The notes: a model not told the origin generated them from the letters alone. A stretch of DNA of 64,000 bases from Minisyncoccota bacterium (GCA_036405415.1 DASWXP010000002.1:208351-272350), one strand, 5' to 3'; counted from the stretch's first letter, positions 1 to 8,992 are shown. Made by a program: numbers and translations.

Positions 1-93
1 CAGGGCGAAGATGATACCCGTTACGACGCGAAGCACGGTAGGAGCGAAGCCGCTCCAGCGATTAAGGTATGAACCAGTGATAAGGGTGTGCAT
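1..93 (-). CDS. DoxX-family membrane protein (5' part; runs off window)
   Basis: ATG at 93; MHTLITGSYLNRWSGFAPTVLRVVTGIIFAL resembles the DoxX N-terminal 'LRVxxGxxF' motif. Confidence 0.6.
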   Translation of the reverse strand, partial: MHTLITGSYLNRWSGFAPTVLRVVTGIIFAL

Positions 94-167
94 AGGTGAT
101 AGTGATGCTGCTAACCCCTAAATTGTATCCCTTTCCCGTGAAGCATTCATGGAGGCTATGCACAGTC

Positions 168-413
168 CTAAAAAAGGGTCTGTTTCTCTGCCCTCGAGAG
201 CTTCTTTATTGCGGCTTCACGCGCGCACGCTTCGCTCCTTGAAGTAAAGGTCTCTTTATGCACGAGCGACACCGGGCGCCGGGCACGCGTGTATTTCGCT
301 CCCTCAGGGGCTTCGTTGTGTTCCCGTACCCTGCGCGTAAGGTCTGTAGTTACGCCGGTATAGAGCGTCCCGTCCGCGCACCTGAGCATGTAGACATACC
401 AGGCGTCTTTCAT
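168..413 (-). CDS. GIY-YIG nuclease family protein (UPF0213/YhbQ-like)
   Basis: YVYMLRCADGTLYTGVTTDLTRRVREHN...GAKYTR...E..IKKL motif. Confidence 0.92.
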   Translation of the reverse strand: MKDAWYVYMLRCADGTLYTGVTTDLTRRVREHNEAPEGAKYTRARRPVSLVHKETFTSRSEACAREAAIKKLSRAEKQTLF

Positions 414-418
414 GGAAA

Positions 419-1894
419 TTATTTCTCGAGGTCCAAGACCTCGTCGATGCGGATCTGCGCCACGAACTCCGGTACGTGCGACACAAGCACCATCGCGCCC
501 TCGTACTCGTCCAAGGCCTTCGCGATAACCGGGATGTGGCGGAAGTTGATATGATTGGTCGGCTCATCGAGGATCAGGAGTCCCGGCTCTTCGAGCACGA
601 GGCGCGCGAACGCGACGAGCCCCTTCTGTCCCTCGGATAAGGAACCGATCTGCTTGTTCATGGTCTCCGCATAGAGGAGGAACCCTGCAGCAATCTTGCG
701 CATCTTCTCCTCTTCCGGCTTTTTCATGGCTGAGAGGAGCGACTCGCGGACCGTATGCTCGAAGTTGAGCGTCGAGAAGTCCTGCCGGTAGTAGCCGACC
801 TTCACGCCGCGCGTGATCTTCGCGCCATCAGCAGTTCCCTTCGCGAGCGCTTCGAGCAGCGTAGTCTTGCCGATGCCGTTCGGGCCCTTGAGCTGCAGGT
901 GCTGCTTCTTGCGGAGCGCGATGTTCGCCTTCTTCGTTACCGGCACGTGCTTCTTCGGGTCCATGATAGAAAGGGACTCGATGACAAGATAGTCGCCGAG
1001 AATGTCGGTCTGCGCCGGGATGTGGAACGGGCGGATGGTCTTGTCCTCGCGGCGCACCTCCACCTTGTCCTCCTCCATCTCCTCGATCTCCTCGCGCATC
1101 TTCTTCGCGACGAGACGCATCTTGCCTCCCTTCTGCGCGAAGAAGTTCGCCTTGTCCTTGTTGTCCTGGATCTTCTTGGCAAGCTGCGCGTTCTTGCGGT
1201 TCTCGCGCTCGATGCGGGCCGTGATGTCCTTCAGCACGTCGAAGTAGTTGCCCACGTACTGCTCGAGCTTCCGGGTGTTGCTATCAAGGTACAACACGCC
1301 GTCCGAGAACGAGTTCAAGAACTCCGCGTCATGCGAGATGACGAGACAGGTCTTCTCGTATTCCTTGAGGAACTTTGTAAGGTGCTCGATGCCGGCATGG
1401 TCGAGGTTGTTCGTCGGCTCGTCGAGCAAAAGAAGATCCGGGTCTTGGATGAGTGCCGACGCGAGGAGAAGGCGTGCCTGCTGACCGCCTGAGAAGGATT
1501 TCACTTCCCGATCGTGATCCGCCCTGAGGTTCACTACCGCGAGCACCTTGTCGATCTTCGGATCGATGTCGTACACCTTCTCCTTGAAACGCTTCTGGAA
1601 GAACTCGCGCACCGAAAGCTCGCGCTCTTCAGGAAGCACTACCTGATGCGCGAGCGCGATCGTAAGGCCGTTCGGGGTTAGAATCCGGCCATCGATAGGC
1701 TCGAGCTGGTTCGTGATCAGCTTGAAGATGGTCGACTTGCCGGCGCCGTTCTGGCCCATGAGGGTAACCTTCATGCCCTTCCTTAGAGAGAAGTTTGTTT
1801 CGGTGAGGATCGGGTAATTCACGCCGTAATTGAACGTGACGTCCTCAAAGCGGAGGACCGCTTCTTGCGGTCCGTTGGTGCCGTTTGCAGCCAT
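419..1894 (-). CDS. ABC-F family ATP-binding protein
   Basis: Two ABC domains (GQNGAGKST/FSGGQ/LLLDEPTN and GPNGIGKTT/LSEGQ/ILDEPTNH), no TM segments; start chosen at MAANG. Confidence 0.92.
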   Translation of the reverse strand: MAANGTNGPQEAVLRFEDVTFNYGVNYPILTETNFSLRKGMKVTLMGQNGAGKSTIFKLITNQLEPIDGRILTPNGLTIALAHQVVLPEERELSVREFFQKRFKEKVYDIDPKIDKVLAVVNLRADHDREVKSFSGGQQARLLLASALIQDPDLLLLDEPTNNLDHAGIEHLTKFLKEYEKTCLVISHDAEFLNSFSDGVLYLDSNTRKLEQYVGNYFDVLKDITARIERENRKNAQLAKKIQDNKDKANFFAQKGGKMRLVAKKMREEIEEMEEDKVEVRREDKTIRPFHIPAQTDILGDYLVIESLSIMDPKKHVPVTKKANIALRKKQHLQLKGPNGIGKTTLLEALAKGTADGAKITRGVKVGYYRQDFSTLNFEHTVRESLLSAMKKPEEEKMRKIAAGFLLYAETMNKQIGSLSEGQKGLVAFARLVLEEPGLLILDEPTNHINFRHIPVIAKALDEYEGAMVLVSHVPEFVAQIRIDEVLDLEK

Positions 1895-1962
1895 GATTCT
1901 TCCTTTATAACAGATTTGTGTCGTATTGATAAGCCATGCTCCTCTGCGTGTATTATGTACGC

Positions 1963-2268
1963 ATGAATGCAATCTCCGGCGGCACAGCACACAAGCTACC
2001 TGCAGACATGCAGAAAGCGCTCACCAAAAGCAAAGCGTCACTCGCTGCATGGGAGACCCTTACACCGCTTTCGCGCAACGAATGGATCTGCTGGTGCATC
2101 TCCGTAAAGAAGGAAGAGACACGCTTAGAACACACCGAACGCATGATTGCTCAGCTCAAGGAAGGAAAGCGCCGCCCGTGCTGCTGGATCGGGTGCATCC
2201 ACCGGAAGGACAAGGAACTCAGTCCTTCTATTAAGGGAGTTCTTGAGAAGCGCTCTAAGAAGCGTTAG
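1963..2268 (+). CDS. YdeI/OmpD-associated family protein
   Basis: LPADMQKAL...WETLTPLSRNEWICW...KKEETR pattern. Confidence 0.8.
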   Translation: MNAISGGTAHKLPADMQKALTKSKASLAAWETLTPLSRNEWICWCISVKKEETRLEHTERMIAQLKEGKRRPCCWIGCIHRKDKELSPSIKGVLEKRSKKR

Positions 2269-3496
2269 CGCCTGCTACGTATCCCGTTGTCCAGCACAGC
2301 TGGAGCGAATAGCCTCCTGTTGGTCTCCGGATATTCAAGAGATCCCCGATTATATAGAGGTTCGGACACCTCTTCGAGCGCATGGTCTTCATATCTACCT
2401 CGGACAGGTTGACGCCTCCATCGGCCACGACCGCCCTGTTGAGTCCCATGAGTCCGGAGACGATCAGCGGGAGCGTCTTCAGTATTTCTGCGAGCCTCCT
2501 GCGCTCCTCCTTGGTTACGCTATGCACCTTCTTCTCCGGGTCTATGTCAGGAAGCAGCGAGAGTATCGCGTCTGCGGTTCCTTCTGGAGCGATGCTGCGG
2601 AACGCGTTCCGTAGGTTCCGGTTTCTTCCTGCATCAAACGCTGCCGCGATCTCCTTATCAAGCACCCCGAGATCCGTTTGCGGCCGCGTATCGATGCTAA
2701 GCGTAACGTCCCCTTCATGCAGATAGTCTGCGATCTTTCCTGCGGCATTCAGCACGAGCGGTCCTGACACGCCGAAGTGCGTGAGAAGCACGTCGCCAGC
2801 GAGCTTCAGACGCTTCGCGCCGTTCACGAATACCGTCATGCGCATGTCCTTGAGCGTGGTCCCCGCGAGCGCCTTGGACCATGCTTCCTTCGTTCGGAGC
2901 GGCACGATGGTAGGCGTCGGGTCGGTAACGGTGTGTCCCGCGTCCTTGAGCCAGCGGAACCCGTCTCCGGTTGATCCGGTCTCAGGATGCGACACGCCGC
3001 CGGTAGCGAATATATAGGAATCAGCCGTAAGCTCCTTTCCGCCCACGAGCACGCTCTCGATACCGTCCTTCCCGACATACACCTTCGCGACCGGAAGCCC
3101 GACGCGCATCTCGACGCCCTGCGCCTTCACGTACGCGAACAGCTTTGCCGTTACGTCTTCGGCGCTCTGGGATGCTGGGAACATGCGCTTCCTGCCTTCG
3201 GTAACGGTCGGTACGCCTATCGACTCGAAGAACGCGATCGACTCTTCAAGCCCGAACTGCGCGAACGGGGAGCGGAGGAACTCCGCAGAGTCTCCGAAGT
3301 GCGACAAGAGTGCACGCACATCCTTCTCATCGTTCATAATATTGCACCGGCCGCCTCCGGTTATGGAAAGCTTCTCGCCGAGCTTCCGGTTCTTCTCAAT
3401 GAGAAGAACCTTCTTCCCGCGGGACGCAGCGATGCCTGCAGCCATCATGCCTGCAGCTCCGCCACCCACCACGATCACGCCGTACCGATCCTTCAT
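2255..3496 (-). CDS. HI0933/YhiN-family NAD(P)/FAD-dependent flavoprotein
   Basis: GGGAAGMMAA, GEKLSITGGGRCN, ATGG.S.P..GSTGDG, THFGVSGP, GGYSLQ motifs. Confidence 0.93.
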   Translation of the reverse strand: MKDRYGVIVVGGGAAGMMAAGIAASRGKKVLLIEKNRKLGEKLSITGGGRCNIMNDEKDVRALLSHFGDSAEFLRSPFAQFGLEESIAFFESIGVPTVTEGRKRMFPASQSAEDVTAKLFAYVKAQGVEMRVGLPVAKVYVGKDGIESVLVGGKELTADSYIFATGGVSHPETGSTGDGFRWLKDAGHTVTDPTPTIVPLRTKEAWSKALAGTTLKDMRMTVFVNGAKRLKLAGDVLLTHFGVSGPLVLNAAGKIADYLHEGDVTLSIDTRPQTDLGVLDKEIAAAFDAGRNRNLRNAFRSIAPEGTADAILSLLPDIDPEKKVHSVTKEERRRLAEILKTLPLIVSGLMGLNRAVVADGGVNLSEVDMKTMRSKRCPNLYIIGDLLNIRRPTGGYSLQLCWTTGYVAGANAS

Positions 3497-3533
3497 ACGG
3501 GCACCGTACCGCATCCGAGGCGGTTTGTCTTTC

Positions 3534-4805
3534 CTATATATGGTCTTCCGACAGTATTGCGAGCAAGCCTGCCGCGCTCCATGCCTGGGTCTTGCAGGCT
3601 TTCTGTCCTGAGGCGCTTTCGTATTCCTCTATTGATTTGCTGAACACGAAGAGTTCTGCCGGTCCCTGCAGCTGTTCGTATGCCGTAAGAAGCGCTTCAC
3701 GTACTTGCACGGCTTCCTTCTCGAATCCCGCGTCACGCATGCCAAGCGCGATGAGGGCGGTATCGTGCGGCCAGATGGAACCGTTGTGATAGCTATTCGC
3801 TTCGAAATGCGCGGAGTCGCTCGAAAGCGTACGGATACCGGCACCAGGCACGAAGAGGTCAGGCTCCATGAGCCGCTCAGTGACCCTGACTACGTCTTCC
3901 GGAGCGAGTATCGAATAGAACACACCTTCATCTCTTGCACCTGCCCACAGAAGGTGTCCCATGGAAGAGCGGGCGGAGGTGAGCATGCGGCCTTGTCCGT
4001 CGAGCGCGAACGCAGGCGTGCCGTTTGGGAGCATGAAGTGCTCGTAAAAGTGTTCGCGCAGCTCGCGCGCACGCATGAGGAGCATCTCTGCTCGTTCTTC
4101 GTCTACATCCTTTAGGAGCAGATGCCATGCAGACAGTGCTCGGTACGCATATCCCTGCACTTCTACGGGCGCGATGGAATATGCAGGCTCCTCGTCCCGA
4201 TCTTCGAAGAACACGGACTCGGAGCTATCCATCCAGCTCTGTACTCTAAGTCCCCCGTGCACGCGCTCAGGGTGCATCTGGTACGAGACGAATCCGTTCG
4301 GGTGCGCGTCCATCGCTTCGAGGAGCCACCTGAGCGCGTCGTCCGTGTTCGCCCTGAGTAGCTCGAGCAGGTCGTCATCGTTGGTAAGGCGATAGTAGCG
4401 CTCAACCGCCATAAGGAAGAGCGGCGTCGCATCGACCGTGTCGTAATTGCGCATCACGCCGTCCGGATACAAAAACCACGGATGCTCCAGGTTCTGCGTG
4501 AGGTGCTCGTGATTGTCAGGACGGAACTCGTGGATGATCTTCCCGCGCTCCTCGCCGCTCTCGATATTCGTCTCGCGTCCCTGGAGCTTCGCGAGGTTGA
4601 TAAGCACGTTCCGTACGAGCGGAAGGTACCTCGTATCGCGAGTATTCTGTGCTATACGAAGCAGCAAGAGGCTCGTTATGAGTGAGTCTCTCCCGAAGAT
4701 GCACCCGTAGAGTTCTTCCTTGCCGGAAGCGAGTATGCCGTTCTCTACAACAAGAGAATCGATCGCATCAGCGCCTATCTTCAAGAGTTCCTCGCGTGTG
4801 GCCAT
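3534..4805 (-). CDS. Amylo-alpha-1,6-glucosidase / glycogen-debranching-enzyme C-terminal family glycoside hydrolase
   Basis: FGRDSLI, GKIIHE, VDATPLF, WMDS, EVQGY, YHNGSIWPHD, QAWSAA motifs. Confidence 0.88.
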   Translation of the reverse strand: MATREELLKIGADAIDSLVVENGILASGKEELYGCIFGRDSLITSLLLLRIAQNTRDTRYLPLVRNVLINLAKLQGRETNIESGEERGKIIHEFRPDNHEHLTQNLEHPWFLYPDGVMRNYDTVDATPLFLMAVERYYRLTNDDDLLELLRANTDDALRWLLEAMDAHPNGFVSYQMHPERVHGGLRVQSWMDSSESVFFEDRDEEPAYSIAPVEVQGYAYRALSAWHLLLKDVDEERAEMLLMRARELREHFYEHFMLPNGTPAFALDGQGRMLTSARSSMGHLLWAGARDEGVFYSILAPEDVVRVTERLMEPDLFVPGAGIRTLSSDSAHFEANSYHNGSIWPHDTALIALGMRDAGFEKEAVQVREALLTAYEQLQGPAELFVFSKSIEEYESASGQKACKTQAWSAAGLLAILSEDHI

Positions 4806-4848
4806 GCCGCTAACGATACGGCTTTTCCCTATCGAGTTGATGAAGATG

Positions 4849-5292
4849 CTAGGCCTTCTTCTCTGCGCAATTGATCATCCACTGCACCTTGAAGCGATCC
4901 CTTACGCTTCCGAAATAATCGCCCCAGAACATGTCCTGCATCTCCATCTCAACCGTGCCGCCCTCAGAGAGCGCCTTAAAGAGACGGTCCGCCTCTTCGC
5001 GCGTATCCGGCTCGAGGTTTATGTATACGTTGTTGCCGTAGTTCATGGTGAAACCCATGCTCTCAGGCGCGTCCGTGCCGTAAAGCACGTGGCCGCCGAG
5101 AAGCGGAAGTCCTACGTGCATCACGAGCTCCTTGTCCTCATCCGAAAGCTCGGGCTGTCCCTCGTACGGAGGTACGTCCTTCATGCGCATGATGCCCTGG
5201 CCTTCGAACTCTCCGCCGAACACCGACTTGTAGAACGTGAAAGCCGCTTCGGTCTCGCGGGCAAAGTTGAGATAGGTAGATACGCGTGCCAT
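4849..5292 (-). CDS. VOC/PhnB-family protein
   Basis: YLNF...AFTFYKSVFGG, MH..L, DMFWGDYFG...DRF...W. Confidence 0.9.
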   Translation of the reverse strand: MARVSTYLNFARETEAAFTFYKSVFGGEFEGQGIMRMKDVPPYEGQPELSDEDKELVMHVGLPLLGGHVLYGTDAPESMGFTMNYGNNVYINLEPDTREEADRLFKALSEGGTVEMEMQDMFWGDYFGSVRDRFKVQWMINCAEKKA

Positions 5293-5369
5293 AGGACGTC
5301 AATGATTAGAAATAACTCTATTCAATATAACCTGCTGAAAGAATCGATCTTTCCAAATCTGCTGGCTGT

Positions 5370-5387
5370 CTGGGACGATGTTGGAAC
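5370..5387 (+). repeat. 18-bp direct repeat copy 1 (CTGGGACGATGTTGGAAC), att-like
   Basis: Exact copy at 5577-5594; both copies are preceded by TGCTG; resembles the reverse complement of a tRNA T-arm/acceptor end. Confidence 0.85.
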
Positions 5388-5415
5388 CTGTATTCTCGAA
5401 TGGTAAGGTTCGCTT

Positions 5416-5563
5416 GGCGGGAACACTCTGAGGAGTGGTCCTCTACTGGGAAGCTAGTTGGTGCGGTAATAGCGTCACCAAGGCACACAGACCCAGTTTG
5501 CGGAGTCGGATCAGCACATACTCGATGGGTTCGCCCACTCGAAGCTGGTTCGGCTCCGTTTTC
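5416..5563 (+). ncRNA. Candidate structured ncRNA between the two 18-bp repeats
   Basis: Putative promoter TTGGAA-17-TAAGGT; 5' hairpin; ACTGGG/CCCAGT stem with an internal loop; 16-bp G-U-rich stem GCGGAGTCGGATCAGC/GCTGGTTCGGCTCCGT capped by a UUCG hairpin, then a T-run. Confidence 0.55.
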
Positions 5564-5576
5564 TGTTGCTGAGGAC

Positions 5577-5594
5577 CTGGGACGATGTTGGAAC
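5577..5594 (+). repeat. 18-bp direct repeat copy 2
   Basis: Identical to 5370-5387; abuts the stop codon of the 5596-6429 ORF. Confidence 0.85.
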
Positions 5595-5595
5595 T

Positions 5596-6429
5596 TCAGC
5601 TTTGCCCAGTCTTGTCCGCAGATAGCATGGTCCTCTCCCGCGCATTACTGCTAAGAAGCTGTATAAGCTCTTTAGTTTTCGGGAACATATTAATATTAAT
5701 ACTCATCTCTGTGGTTCCTTCATTTGTACGAAATAGAGATTGAGCGAGCAATCGATACATTTTCTCGGGGTCCGAGAGCAAACTGGTCGCAAGCCCATTC
5801 TTATGAGACTCCTGGCCTACTATTAATTCAATTTCCTTCTCGATCTCTTGGGCAAGGTCTTCAATAGGACGACTCGCAAGTCCGGCCTCAATCACGGTCT
5901 CTATCTTGTTCAGCTTCTTATACTTCTTGTTTGCGAAGGAGCTTCCTCCAAACAATGCGTCTGTATACTTGTTAGCAAACATCTTGATCACGTAATCAAA
6001 GGGCGAAAGGAAGAAGTACTCTTTATCTAAGACTTTTCCCGAGAGAATCGTAGAGCCCTGCGCAAGAGTGAAGTGATCTTCGACGAGCTGGTTGTCTTCA
6101 CGCACCTTTCTCGGTGAACTAATGTCTATATCTGAGGGGAGACCGAACTTATCCGCATTGGCTTTGAGGTGTGCCTGAGTTCTGTATAGGTCAGGCAATT
6201 CTGTGTCTACTAACTCACCATCGTCATTTATAAGTAAGTGGGCCTTTAGTTCTGTGGCGTTAGTGAACAGCAGGATCGCGCCAGAACCCGCAACAGCGTA
6301 TCTAAGCTTCCCATCTTCTATTTGGGCGTTATGCTCGGCAAATGAAAATATTGGCTGCAATGCACTCTCTGGAGATCTCTCGTGCGTGCGCGCAGCAACA
6401 GGACTGCTTTGCATCCTTTCGATACTCAT
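5596..6429 (-). CDS. Hypothetical protein (277 aa), AT-rich
   Basis: Long ORF, no recognised motif; lies between att-like sites. Confidence 0.65.
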   Translation of the reverse strand: MSIERMQSSPVAARTHERSPESALQPIFSFAEHNAQIEDGKLRYAVAGSGAILLFTNATELKAHLLINDDGELVDTELPDLYRTQAHLKANADKFGLPSDIDISSPRKVREDNQLVEDHFTLAQGSTILSGKVLDKEYFFLSPFDYVIKMFANKYTDALFGGSSFANKKYKKLNKIETVIEAGLASRPIEDLAQEIEKEIELIVGQESHKNGLATSLLSDPEKMYRLLAQSLFRTNEGTTEMSININMFPKTKELIQLLSSNARERTMLSADKTGQS

Positions 6430-6452
6430 AGGATGAGTATCTCATAAAATAC

Positions 6453-6479
6453 TTGGCTGGCCGACTCGGATTCGAACCT
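6453..6479 (-). repeat. Degenerate tRNA 3'-end fragment (att-like copy of the tRNA-Gln end)
   Basis: TTGGCTGGCCGACTCGGATTCGAACCT vs TTGGCTGGGAGACTAGGGATCGAACCT at 19502-19528. Confidence 0.7.
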
Positions 6480-6532
6480 TGGTCGGTTAAGCCCGGGCTA
6501 GTCGGTTTAGGTCTTCTCGGGCTTCGCTAAAC

Positions 6533-6548
6533 GACGCGTCTCGGGCGC
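6533..6548 (+). repeat. Left boundary direct repeat (candidate att core)
   Basis: GACGCGTCTCGGGCGC; 15/16 identical to 19470-19485. Confidence 0.7.
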
Positions 6549-6633
6549 TTCAAAAAAGTGACAAAAGTGACAGCCCTACGGATCTAATCTCATGAGTGAA
6601 CAAAGTCTTAAATGCTTTCATTATCGTGTTTCA

Positions 6634-6929
6634 ATATATCTATAGCCGCCCCCATGGCCGGGGACGACTACGGGTTGCGCTAGATAGGAATCTTGCGCTC
6701 CTCACGTACGGTGTACTGAGGGTAACGAGCAGCGTAAGCCGCTGTTACGATCTGTCCAGTGCGTACGTCACGATAAATGATTACCGTGCGGTAGCGAGGT
6801 TTAGTTTTCATTACTGAAGACCTTAGAGCTAATAATCGAACGACGCTGCCCCACAGAGGCAGCGTCTCTCATTTCTACGTGCGGGACGTCGTTCGATTAC
6901 CCCCTTAATGAGGACGGCTATAGATATAT
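6634..6929. ncRNA. About 300-nt multi-hairpin element closed by a perfect 15-bp terminal stem (ncRNA or ssDNA structure)
   Basis: ATATATCTATAGCCG...CGGCTATAGATATAT; internal 13-bp TAATCGAACGACG/CGTCGTTCGATTA stem and several hairpins; no credible ORF. Confidence 0.6.
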
Positions 6930-6993
6930 AGAATCAAGGTGCTTCTACCGCTATCAATAGACTAGCATTTTCATAGAAACCGCTCCCTGTGCA

Positions 6994-7881
6994 CTAGTTA
7001 CTCCCTTTAGTTGTGGTAGAGGTCAGATTCGTAAAGTCTTGAAGTCCATGGATCTTTGCAATGGTAGCGAGATACTTCACGTAGCTAATGTCTGCTTGCT
7101 TAATTAGATAGGTTCCACCATCAATGAGAATCAGTACAGAATTTTCGGATTCATAGACCATGATTGCGTTGAAAGGACTCTGTACTCCAATTTCCTCACC
7201 ATTGAAATTTGAGTTTAGTCCGATACTTACAGCAACAGGTTTAGCGCCGCCAAGATATCTAGGGACAGATGAATACACAAAGAATGAGAACATGAAAAGT
7301 AAAATTGGCAGCGCAATGAGGAAGTACAGCAGACGATAGTAGGCGCCAAAGTAGATCACGATATTCTTCAAGGTAATCCGCATGGAATGCGCCTGCGCAA
7401 TCTCTTTATGAGATTTTTTTGCTACTGAGACACCAAAGAAAATCATTGCGACCCAGACGAAACCAAGAAAGTATATGAAGGACGGTGGGTTAATTGTTCT
7501 GCCAAGTAGAAGCGGAAATACAAAGAGCACAAAACTCAACGAGGAAGCCAGGCCAAATAATATGACTTTTAGTACGGAGATAAATATTGTCCTTAAGGCA
7601 CCCTTATTCTCTTTCAAATACTTATTTAGTACTTCTACTGCCTTAAGAAAACCGTAGAAGAAAGTTGATGGTAGAGCGACAAAAAAGAGAAATAGGCTGC
7701 CTGCGGTAAAGTACTGAACTTTCAAGAAGTTGAAGTCCCAGAAGCCGTAAAGCGCTAGATAGCTGTTCACGACAAGGAAGCCGAAAAAGGTCGAGCTGAC
7801 AGCAAACAAACTCACCCACTGAAGAGTGTTTGAAAGCCTGCTTTCTTGACGTGTGAACGGATTCATTTCGATAGTAAACAC
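6994..7881 (-). CDS. Multi-pass membrane protein, unknown function
   Basis: Several hydrophobic segments and a soluble C-terminal tail; last gene of the operon; start could be 7866. Confidence 0.75.
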   Translation of the reverse strand: MFTIEMNPFTRQESRLSNTLQWVSLFAVSSTFFGFLVVNSYLALYGFWDFNFLKVQYFTAGSLFLFFVALPSTFFYGFLKAVEVLNKYLKENKGALRTIFISVLKVILFGLASSLSFVLFVFPLLLGRTINPPSFIYFLGFVWVAMIFFGVSVAKKSHKEIAQAHSMRITLKNIVIYFGAYYRLLYFLIALPILLFMFSFFVYSSVPRYLGGAKPVAVSIGLNSNFNGEEIGVQSPFNAIMVYESENSVLILIDGGTYLIKQADISYVKYLATIAKIHGLQDFTNLTSTTTKGSN

Positions 7882-7905
7882 CTGATTCTTTCTGATTGCA
7901 AAAAC

Positions 7906-8991
7906 CTATTTGGACTTAACTAGCTTCAGTAAATCCTCCTCCCTTTCATATCCGTGCAGACGACCTTCCAGCATACCTAAACGATAACTAATACCATCGG
8001 TCATAAGTCGCCAGTTGGTATCCTGGAGCGTCTTTTTGATAAGCTTTTCCAGATCCTTGGAGCTGGCATACCCCTCCCTATCAGGCCGCTTTTCATACAC
8101 CACGAATGGAACGACGACATCCTTGGAAATCTCCGGGTTCTTGAATTGGAGCTTTATGTAGTCCGCCTTTTCGAGAACGGGAACGAGCAACTCTTCGAGT
8201 TCTATAATCTTCAGCTTCTTGAGCTTTGCGATTTTCTCGTACGATTCCTTGTTCTTCTCTTTCTCCTTTATCTCGTCCATAAGCCGCCCGATCCCCTCAA
8301 GGTTCGCCTTGGCTGCCATGAACTCCTGACCCTCTTTCTCGCTCAGGCAGAATCGCTCGCGATCCTTTTCAAAGTCTGGGTCTGACCTATCGACCATGCG
8401 CTCAATTTCTGAGATATCGGTATAGTCGCAATTCGGGCAGGTAACGACCGTAAACCATTTCTCGTCAGTAGACCTATCTTCCTCCACGACCTCTGCCTTA
8501 CATTTCGGACAGGTAGACTTCTCTCGCCTGAATTCTTCCCCATCGTCATAGAACGCACGACGCGGCATATGCTCCTGAGCACAGTCGTAGAAGAATAGGA
8601 CGCGATCCTTTCCGTCGAGTCCTGCCGAGTGATGGATCTTCGAGCTTACAAACATTAGACGTCCGCAAGTAAGGCAGCTTATGTCTTCAGGAGCTACGGC
8701 TGATTCGTAGAACTTATCGCTACGCTCGTCCCTTTGCATCCACTCCCTAATCGTCGCTTCTTTCTTCAGATATCTATTGCCCTTTATGAAATAGAGACTT
8801 ATACGCGTCACCGCATTGGATGTGCGTATCAGTTCATTCTCATCCACCTCTTTCTCAGGGTGCTTGTCCTTATACGTCTGCTTCAGTCCCTCAATGTCCG
8901 GCGTATGCTTCTCCCACGAACGGCATTTCTCGACAGTGTGCTTGTCGTAGAGGTCTGAGTAATATTGATGTGGTTTTAGACGAGGCTCCAT
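7906..8991 (-). CDS. Zn-ribbon-containing hypothetical protein (361 aa)
   Basis: CLTC, C..EH, CPKC, CPNC motifs; starts 1 nt after the upstream stop. Confidence 0.8.
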   Translation of the reverse strand: MEPRLKPHQYYSDLYDKHTVEKCRSWEKHTPDIEGLKQTYKDKHPEKEVDENELIRTSNAVTRISLYFIKGNRYLKKEATIREWMQRDERSDKFYESAVAPEDISCLTCGRLMFVSSKIHHSAGLDGKDRVLFFYDCAQEHMPRRAFYDDGEEFRREKSTCPKCKAEVVEEDRSTDEKWFTVVTCPNCDYTDISEIERMVDRSDPDFEKDRERFCLSEKEGQEFMAAKANLEGIGRLMDEIKEKEKNKESYEKIAKLKKLKIIELEELLVPVLEKADYIKLQFKNPEISKDVVVPFVVYEKRPDREGYASSKDLEKLIKKTLQDTNWRLMTDGISYRLGMLEGRLHGYEREEDLLKLVKSK

Positions 8992-8992
8992 G

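Noticed and set aside
5370-5594. 18-bp repeats as a CRISPR array
   Set aside because: Only two copies, about 190 nt apart, with no cas genes.
6634-6929. Retron msr-msd (a1/a2 inverted repeats)
   Set aside because: No reverse transcriptase in the island or window.
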